Assembly: GCF_040938485.1 (NCBI RefSeq)
Contig: NW_027271817.1
Coordinates: forward strand, 186,001 to 250,000
Source: Diadema antillarum
Taxonomy: Eukaryota
Length of the DNA: 64,000 nucleotides
Direction: 5' to 3'
The translations under genes were made by a program, and so were the position numbers. The notes under the pieces were generated by a model that ran no database searches, was not told the DNA's origin, and saw only the letters and a list, made by a program, of their open reading frames with translations. Below, piece after piece: positions 54,554 to 64,000 of the stretch; position 1 is the first letter of the stretch, and each line of letters opens with the position of its first letter.

Positions 54554-57500
54554 ATGGGGTCGTCACCTCCCAGCAAACTTTCTCCACAGGAAGTTACCGA
54601 TCTGCACTACCAAACAAACTTTTCAAAAGAAGAAATAAACGAGTGGTACAGCATGTTCCTGCAAGGTAAAGAGTGTCAAATACACGTAATGCATTTTATT
54701 CTGCGTGGTCAGTTAGAGTGTACGTATTTCAATTTGTCGAACCAAATGTTTTTGATATATCAATATCATCATCACCGCATCACCCAAAAATGTGTCATCA
54801 TCACTGCAAAATATTATCCGATAATGTTACGACCACATACTAGTATACATTTTGAGTATACGTGTTGTTAACACTCCTTGTAACGAACATGCACCATAGG
54901 CTACAAATAATGTATCCAGTCATACCAAAATAATATGTTATAAACACGTACTCAAAAATACACATGAAGGCGCACCACACCGTTACGACATGTTTACCCT
55001 TAATTGGTTGATTACTCGTCTGTGGGAGTGCCTTGACAATAACATTGTTCTATCATTGTTTACACTAGATGTCACATGAATATCATTACATGACAGTTAA
55101 TGCACGGATATAGCTCTCTAAAAAAAAATCGAGTGAAAATATTCACTCTTAAAAGAGTGAATACGAAAAAGAGTGATTTTAGAGTGAAATTGGAGTGAAT
55201 TTTGAGTGAAAATGTTCGTTTTCACTCGTTTTGGAGTGACCTCAGGGATCACTCCAAAATCTTCGAGTGATCCTTGAGGTCTCTCCAAAATGAGTGAAAA
55301 TGAACATTTTCACTCATAATTCACTCCAATTTCACTCTAAATTCACTCCTTTATGTATTCACTCTTTTAAGAGTGAATATTTTCACTCGATTTTTTTTAG
55401 AGAGAACACTGAAATATTCATGGCAGTTGAATAATGATAGGATATCATTTGCATTATCTGTATCTGATTGGTCCTTTTTTTTTTTACTCGTACATCATTT
55501 TGTTTTAACGCCGACGTTATCAATAGAACCATATGTTGCCATAGAGCAGAGCTAAGTCAAACATCTAAGTAGTTGCGTGATATAATGGGAAACCCATTCA
55601 TTGTAAGAATACTATAGTAAAATGATGTTCTCACTTTGCGACAAATCACTTCAGACAATAGCACTTGCTCAATTTGTTTTTGATACAGCGCACTGAATCT
55701 GTTTGCTTCTCTATAACATCGAATATCACTGATTTGCTTTCCTGTGACAGAGAGTCCAAAGGGACAGATGTGTAAGGAAGAATTTGGCCAACTGTATACA
55801 AGAGTCTTCCCCGAAGGGACCACGGGGAGTTTCACCAACAATGTCTTCCGGACGTTCGACAAAGATTCCAACGGCTTCATCGACTTTAACGAGTTCATCA
55901 TCGGTATGGGCATCCTGTCCAGGGGGTCGTACCATCAGAAACTCGCCTGGGTCTTCAGCCTCTACGACATCGACGACGACGGTTTCATAACCAAGAGCGA
56001 GATGACGGAGATGATAAAGGTATCTTGTATCATTACCAATACAACCTGGGCCCCATTAGGATAGCAACTCTTGCTGGAATGGCAACTTGTAATAACAGCA
56101 GCCAATCAGGAAGCTAGATTCATGTCGTTATCATGGAAATTGCCATTCCAGCAAGTGTTGCTAGCTGAACCTTCTTCTTTTATGAAATGGGGCCCCAGAT
56201 ATGCCCTTCTAGGATTGCAGCATTGCCAGCGTTGTTATTTTAAGATGTACCCCTGGTATGTGGTCTCTATGGCAACGAGGCAAAATGGGTACCTATAAAG
56301 TGAGAACATGGCCTCTTACAAGTTTTAGGAGATAATCAGTGATATCACAACGATATCTGCCGTATCAAACTTCAAGAGCCATAAAATGTAACCGGATCTT
56401 CATGTACTATAGAGGTACCTGGATACATAGTTGCGCACAGTTATCGAGGGCGTAATCTGAACCTACATCTTCATGACGCATTTCTGTGCAGACCGGTATA
56501 CTCTCCCTAAAGGCCTTCGTTTTCATTTGCACTTAAATCATTTTCATTTGCCTAACACATTAAATTGTCACCTGAAATTTACCTGTGAATTTAAATGAGT
56601 CAAATCCCTTCCAATAAGGAACCTTGCACGTCTGTTACGGCACATTTTGGTAAATTGTACATTTTGGTAAATTACCAATATGTGCAATTTACTAAAATGT
56701 GCCGTAACTATATGTTACGGCACATTTTTGTCACTGCACATTTTTGGAAAAAAAAAATGTTACCAAAATGTGCCAATAGTGCACCTACACCTAACGGGAT
56801 CAACTGTTACCAAAATAAGCAGTTAAAAGTGGATTTGCCTACACATTTTGGACAATGTGCACATTTTGGTAGCTGAACTGAAAACCCATGGATGGGCTTG
56901 AGAGTTGTTATACGGTCAAGGAGTTAAGGTGATTATGGTCCTGCAGTAAAGGCAGGCAAGGCATTTTTTAGCTCACCCGAGCCGAAGGGCAATACCCAAG
57001 AGCAATACAGTCTAGGTATGCTGTATGTAGATACCTTTGTATGTGAAGAATATTGTTTGTTCATGGCAAGACCCAAGATGGCCCCCTTGGGCCCCTAGAT
57101 GGGGGTGAAAGTTTGAGGGGTGGGGGCCACGGGGGGAAAACACATTTTCATCTTCTTCTTCAGAACCAGTGGGTGAATTTCAATCAAACTTGGTGGGGAT
57201 CATCCTTAGGGGGTTGGGTCCTAAGGTTGTTTATGTTGGGCATGTGGCCCCCATCGGGAGGTCCCCCCCCCCCCGAGGGGAAATAGGTATAGAAATTTGT
57301 GCTCCAGACCAAAAAGCACTACACTTAAGATATGTTGTATGTGGATATCTTTATAGCTGAAGGGGGGGGGGGGGGGCAAGGGAAAAAAGGCATATTTTAT
57401 ACATTTAGATACATTAAAAAGGAGAGGAATATAAGCTGTTCATGGCAACATTTAGGATGGCCCCTTGGGTTCCTAGAGGGGTGAAAGTTTAGAGGGGGAA

Positions 57501-59685
57501 CAAACAAGGGGGAGGGGAAGAGAATCACATTTCCATCTTCTTCAGAACCAATGGGCAGATTTCAACCAAAATTGCTAGGAATCATCCTTTCGGTAGAAGG
57601 ACCCAAAGTTCTTTGTATGTTTTGGTGTTTGTTTGTTTGTTTGTTTGTTTTTTAGTTGTTGTTGTTGTTGTGTTTTTTTTTGGGGGGGTCTCCTAGCGAA
57701 AGGGAGCATGGGCCTTAATTTATAGGGAAATTGCGTCAACACAAATTGCTTTCACAAATCTGACCTGTGTCAGTCGTTGCTTCTGGAACCCATGAAAAAT
57801 CGGGGTCATCCCACAAGACCGACACCCACGAGTCATACAGACTACGAGTTCGACAGTGAAAACAGACCCATGACTCATACAGCACACGGGTCATACAGCC
57901 CATGAGTTCGACGTAAGGTAAAAACAGCCAACGAGTTCGACAGATACAGCACGGGGCTTAATGTGTCGGTTTCGTGGGCCTTGTTAGCTTAGTGTCGAAC
58001 TAATTATGACTCGTGAGCTGTATATAGCTCATGGGCTTTATGACTCCTGAGCTCTATGACTCGTGGGCTGTATGACTCGTGGATGTTGGTCTCGTGAGGT
58101 GAACCAAAAAAAAAAAAATCAACATGTTTTTGTCGATACTGCATAGTATGAAGAACTAGAGCAACAGAATAATTATAATTTCTCTTGTGTAACTTGGCAT
58201 TATTGTGAGAGGGGGAGAATACGAACTATAGAAGATTGCTCTAAAGTTGTCCTTGGATCCTTTCGACCGGAATTTACCTGAAATTATTTAAAAAAAAGAA
58301 GGGTAGGCATTGAAAGAAATAGTATAACTAAGACAACATAGGCGAATATCTTTTGATGTAGCATGTGAATAGGAAACATGTGAAGGAATACCAATCTCCT
58401 ACACAGCTTGTACAAACAAAGATCTAGGGAGAACCCTGGAACCCTGTTTAGCAAATAACACACTTTGTGACTATTCACTTACCCGTGGTGTCCTCTACCC
58501 TTTGATAGATGCAAACAATGCCAAACTATAATCATAGTCAATTATCTAAAAAGAAACAATCCAAGTTGAACTTCAAAAATATCCACTATAGTCTTCGACA
58601 ACACGGCACTATTGTAAAGAGGAGGTCACGTTTTGTTGTTATACCGTTTTGATGATTCTTTTTCTATGCTGTAAGTAGTATCGTGTATAGTAGCACTCAT
58701 AGAAATTGTCATTAAGAAACACGCCACTTGCATTAGGAGGAGCAGGTATGATAATCATAGTTAACTGTTCTCATCAATATTACTATAAGAAGTCGAATTC
58801 ATAGTTGTAGTTCTACCCCCTCCCCCCCCCCCCCAAAAAAAAAAGATAAAAGAAAAATAGGGTGAGCTGTACATTGTGGAAATGCTGTTTCTCGGATGTG
58901 ACAACACTGATAACATTGGCGTGCTGTAAAAGTGTAAAAATGTTCTTGTGATTACAATGAAAGCTGCTTTAACCATCATTGTTATTACCTTAATGATGAA
59001 TTTGGTAATGATTGATGTGTTATGCCTTACAAATGCCTTGTGTCTATAATCATTAAAGCGACCATATCAGGAGTCGAGACAATAAAATGATACCATTAGA
59101 TACAGATCTTATAGCTAATGAGACACGCGGCAAAGTATATCACAGATACGGTGGCTATCTCAATGACGGCATTGCTGAGTCGGTTTAGTCATCTGCTTAT
59201 TCACAATGGATTGTATATGCATTCTTCAATCTTAAAATCTATCCCGGAATGCGATACCACGGCACGGATGATGAAAATAGAATTTAATGACCAAGATGAA
59301 AATATAGGGAACATAATACAGGAAATAATCGTACCAGAAGATGACAAACAATTAACTTCTTGTCTTCGTTTTATGTTATACTTCATTGTGAAGAATGACC
59401 CAATGTGCACTGTTCTTGTAACGGTGAGGTTCCTTAATCTGAAAATGATATAAGATTCGTTAAGGTCCATTATTCCGAAACGCACAAATTTTATATAGCT
59501 AGATGTTTGTAAATCGAAAAAAGGAGTTCGTGAATCCGAACATTTGTGGCGTTATTCTGGAGGTTGATTTTCCGAGGACTCGTATTTCCGAAAACGAACT
59601 GGCGCGGTTAGTTATTCCGAAGGTTCGTCAATCCGAAAATGAATACGGTTTATCACTGTGAACGTTTGCTAATCTGAAAATGAGG

Positions 59686-59721
<36 letters not shown>

Positions 59722-60139
59722 TGGAGGGAGAGAGAGGGAGAGAGTATATTTTTAACGAACTTGTGGAATTACGAACTTCATTTTGTTTTTGAATGAAAGA
59801 ACCTTCGGAATAACGAAATAAACGAACCTTCACCTTCTTAATATCGAACATTATTTCATTTTTTGATCAAGGAACCTTTGGTATAACGAAGTGCAACCCC
59901 TCTAACTATACCTCCCTCTTGTCTGTATATCCCTTTCATGGTATGACGATCAGGCTAAACTACAAATGGTTGGAGACACGCCGGAGTCCCTTCCTAAAGA
60001 CTTCAAGAATTGCACACCGGAAGCCGTGTCGGACAAAGTCTTCGATCAGATCGACACGGACGGAGATGGTCAAGTAACGCTGAGTGAGTTCCTGGACGGA
60101 GTGACGAAGAGCCCGTCACTCATTGCTCTGCTTCACTGA
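54554..60139 (+). CDS. Neuronal calcium sensor family protein, paralogue 2, 188 aa
   Basis: Exons 54554-54665, 55751-56019, 59954-60139 (112/269/186 nt, the same structure as paralogue 1). EF loops DKDSNGFIDFNE, DIDDDGFITKSE and DTDGDGQVTLSE. About 56% identical to paralogue 1 by hand count (105/188). Confidence 0.93.
55114..55404. mobile_element. Near-perfect foldback palindrome rich in GAGTGA/TCACTC repeats (MITE-like)
   Basis: ctctctaaaaaaaaatcgagtgaaaatattcactcttaaaagagtgaatac is mirrored by gtattcactcttttaagagtgaatattttcactcgattttttttagagag. Confidence 0.8.
56964..57716 (+). mobile_element. Helentron-associated element with internal tandem duplication
   Basis: Starts tttttagctcacccgagc, a terminus I recall from mollusc Helitron-N2/HINE elements. 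An internal unit (tgttcatggcaa...catcttcttcagaacca) occurs twice, at ~57058 and ~57438. Confidence 0.5.
57802..58105. mobile_element. MITE-like element with imperfect TIRs and gagtcatacag subterminal repeats
   Basis: gggtcatcccacaagaccgacacccacgagtcatacag versus ctgtatgactcgtggatgttggtctcgtgaggtgaacc. Confidence 0.6.
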
Positions 60140-61899
60140 ATCACTCAATGGCTTGGGATCGAGTTCGATGAAGCTTCGGTCATGACTGGGCTTAGATGGG
60201 ACTTACACTGATTATTTTGCCTCTTTTTTGATGTAATGACCTTCGTTTCACTCAAAAATTTTCATTCTATAATGTATTCATGACAACTTCTTCTCAAAGT
60301 CTCTGTGTGTTTGTCATTAGATGTGTGTGTGACAGCTAGTCAATGAACCATGATCAATGAAGATTGTGTTACACATGATCGACTGGCAGGCCGTCACTGA
60401 TATATGACCTTGAGTAAATCTATAATTTGGCAAGCGGTCACTGACGTGTGACTCTGAGTAGGTTAATAGTGAGATATTGTGATCAAAATTACGGCTCATC
60501 TCATGCCTTCTTCCGTAACCGTTGTTATCAATCATCGGTAGTTCAGCTGATGTCCCATGATCATCAGTCACTGAAGCAAGAGCAGAGCAGTAACCATTTT
60601 ACCCCTAACGGGAGATAAAATCGTTTGTAGGCTTAATAATCCAGAGCGGTTTATGTCTGTCTAATTGTTCTTGACATAGCTAATACAATGTAGTGACGTC
60701 GTCTACGTCTCGCTTGACTCACTGTTTTTATTCATGAAAAACAACGCAGTGATAAATATGGTGATAATATCACTCTCCATAATTTGCTAATCTGTGTTGA
60801 AACGACATGGTATTTGCATATTAAATGCAGTTTTCGCACGTGGCATGAAATATATATAAAGGAATAAACAGTCTTTTGTGATAAGCTATTGATAAGAGGA
60901 AGATAGATGAGACTGGTAAGCGGTGAAGGTAAATGTGGAGAGTATAGAGGATGGTTGGGCTATAATACGATGAGGTGATGGTATAGAAGACACCAGGTGA
61001 CTGCACGAGACGGGTTTTGAACATCGGTCCTTAGCTGCATTGACTGATAGGCAACCGTAGTCCCGAAGGTCCCGATATCCATATTATGCTGATTTTATTT
61101 CGCCTGTTCATTTTATTTTTGTTGTTCTATGCTCCTCCATCCACATTCCTCTATGGAAATGAGAAAGCAAGACATAATCAACTGATTTATCCTAATTATA
61201 TCTAAATTCAGACGAGTCAAAACAAAGAGTGTCAAGTATGAAAGCAGGTGCAGATAACAGTCTTGCTTTCTTCATTTAGATGAAGATTTATAGCACTTAC
61301 TTGGAAACAGCACAAAGATGACAACATGAATAATATATACCAGATAATATTATGTGATATGCTAATGTATAAATGAATAAATAATGGTAAGAACAAGACA
61401 TTACAGAGTCTGCCCTATGTTAATGAAAATATTTCCCTATTATAGTCTTTTGGTGATCGATCATGCGGGTAGAATATAGAAGGAGTGCTCTTTTGTAGTG
61501 ATGACGCGCTGCAAAATGACAAATCTTTATCAACCCTTGACTTGCAATCTGATCTGCAGCAGGATCATGCTAGTAGGGCTCCCTCTGTGGTCATAAATAA
61601 CACAAGTGCCTTGTTTGTGTATCCTTATGCTTGTGTTCCTTTTTTTTTTGAAGTATACTTTTTCATTTGTCTAAGGATAGTGTCACGACGGTTTTAAGGG
61701 GCATTAATAAATGTGATTGTTGGTGTATTTGTTTTAAAGATGAATGTTATGTTTATCTGTACTTCATTATCTTGTTCTTTGCAACGAATAACGATATCCA
61801 GGTAGTGTTCTATTACTTCCATTCATTGTTTTGTTACGATATCAACGTTCTAGTAGATTTAAATCATCAATTTTTTTGTGACTTTTGACTAGTAACTGT

Positions 61900-64000
61900 G
61901 TCTGTGTGTATGAATGTGTGAGTGTGAAAGTAGCAATGTTTCTTCTTCTACTCAGTCATGGCTTTGTGTAAACTGTGCTTCAGATGCACTGCCATTTAAT
62001 CACATTTCTGACGATAATGAATTTCTGTTGACAATTTATAGTTATTTCAATTTAACGAAAGAAATCAATATAAATAGAAATGAATCATTAAAGATCAATC
62101 CTTTTAATATGAATTCAGTGAATCATCAATCACTCAATATTGAAGATAGTCAATAAATTATTTCCAATTTTCCTGATGTTGATTGCAAGCATATTTTCAG
62201 TGAGGACTTTCATTCCAAGCATGCACATATCAACTCTGACCTGTCTTTTTTCATATCAATGCAAGAAGTCTGCATAAGAACTTTGATCAATTTAATACCC
62301 TTCTTGCTACCTTAGACTTCAGTTTTAGCATTATGGCAGTATCTGAAACGTGGTTTTCTTCAAAAACAAACGATAATATGTATGATATCGATAATTATTC
62401 TTTTGTTTCTATATGTAGACCTCCAGGTAAAGTTGGTGGTGGAGTTGCTTTGTATGTAAAAGATGAATATCAATATTGTTCTACGAAATGATTTGTCATG
62501 TATTACAGACAATTATGAAATGCTTTTTATTGAACTTACTCAAAATAATAACTCCTTTATTGCAGCATGTATTTATCGTCCTCCAAGTACCGATATTGTG
62601 GATTTCACTTCTAAATTGAATGATATTGTAGAAAAATTGGAAAGTGAAAAGAAGGAATTTTATTTGATGGGTGATTTTAATATTGATTTATTGAATTATG
62701 GAAGTCATCGTAAAACAAACAACTTTTTGGATATGTTGTTTTCTTTCAATGTGTTTCCGACTCGTATTTCATCAACCAGAGCTTCCTTAATTGACAACAT
62801 TTATACTAACACTATCAATAAGAATATTTCTAATGGAATTATATATGATGATCTTTCTGATCACTTTCCAATATATGTCATATTGAAAGGTGGACTATGT
62901 AATTATAAATCAGTTAAGAAAAAATGTGTGAAGAAAAGAATTATTAATGAAGAAAATTTGTTGTTGTTTAAGAATAAATTAAAGTGTATTGATTGGTGTT
63001 TTGTTAATGAGTGTTCAGATGTAAATGATAGTTATAGTAAGTTTATTGAAAAATTTGATATGATATATTGTGAATGTTTTCCTTTAAAGATTATTCGTGA
63101 AAAGAAAAATAAATGCAGGAAACCTTGGATTACTCAAGGCATACTCAAATCCATGAAACTTAAGAATAGATTATATAGGGCAAGTCTTAAATATCCTGAT
63201 GTTAAACATGTATCTAGTTATAAGAAGTATAAAAATAAACTCACAAATATTATTCGTTGTTCAAAATATAAGTATTACAATGAAATGTTTTTGTCAACGC
63301 AGGGTGATCCCAAAAACAAACTAACATGAAGACAAATTAATGAAATCTTAGGTAGAAAAAAACTCAATGTTATGCCCAAAAGTATGTGCTTCGAAAATTC
63401 AAGGTTTTCTTCGAAACAGGATATAGCAAATCAATTTAATTCTTATTTTATTAATATTGGCGAAAGACTGTCAAAGACGATTTCTACCCCATCTCATTCA
63501 TTTCAAGAGTTTATATCATGTCAAAATGCTAAATCTTTTTTTATTGTGTAAAACCATCATCCCCTCATGAAATTATAAAAATATCTTCTTTAATTCAGAC
63601 ATCAAAAGCCAGTGAGCCATAATTATCTCCTCGAGTCATTAAAGATTGTATTCAGTATATTGCTGATCCATTATGTAATATTTTCAATATGTCATTGAGC
63701 ACTGGTGTTGTGCCAAATGAATTTAAACTTGCCAAAATAGTTCCTTTGTTTAAAAAAGATAATCCACAGAATATTGAAAATTATAGACCTGTTGCTCTTC
63801 TTTCTACTTTTGCTAAACTACTTGAAAGACTTAATATGTATGATAGGCTTTATGATTATCTTACCAAGGAGAATATTTTAATTCCCGAACAGTTTGGTTT
63901 TCGGAAAAATCATTCCACCTCATTGAATTTGATATATTTTACTGATTATATTTTACAAGAAATTGATAAAGGTAATATTTGTTGTGGAGTGTTCATGGAT
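61900..64000 (+). mobile_element. Non-LTR retrotransposon (L2/CR1/Crack-type) ORF2: AP endonuclease plus start of RT, disrupted and truncated by the window end
   Basis: WLCVNC..LPF (PHD-like tail); APE motifs FHINARSL, AVSETW, GGGVALYV, CIYRPPS, MGDFNIDLL, IDNIYTN and SDHFPI; RT motifs AKIVPLFKK, NYRPVALLS and QFGFRKNHST. Frameshift near 62480 and a stop at 63327-63329. Confidence 0.93.

Overview
This is eukaryotic (animal) genomic DNA: AT-rich, intron-containing and dense in transposon relics, with two scaffold gaps. It looks like a marine invertebrate, possibly an echinoderm, but the taxon is only an inference. I reconstructed five spliced protein-coding genes by hand, in order: PDCD6/ALG-2 (-, penta-EF-hand), an alpha-arrestin/ARRDC with a [10 protein letters not shown]-repeat tail and a PPxY motif (+), NIT1 (-), and two tandem 188-aa neuronal calcium sensor (NCS) paralogues (+). 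The window also holds a decayed L2/CR1-type LINE running off the right end, an older RT relic, a tRNA-derived SINE, many MITE families (Kolobok-, Tigger-, Harbinger-, Sola- and hAT-like) and Helentron-like elements. The best leads are: an ALG-2-ligand-like repeat tail on the arrestin that sits head-to-head with the ALG-2 gene; a 399-nt stop-free in-frame intron in that tail; two anomalies in PDCD6 (a frame-incompatible exon 1 and a duplicated, inactivated splice acceptor); a possible FHIT remnant downstream of NIT1; NCS paralogues with a displaced myristoylation Ser; and 37-40-bp hairpin micro-elements with 5-bp target-site duplications (TSDs). All coordinates were counted by eye and no database searches were run.
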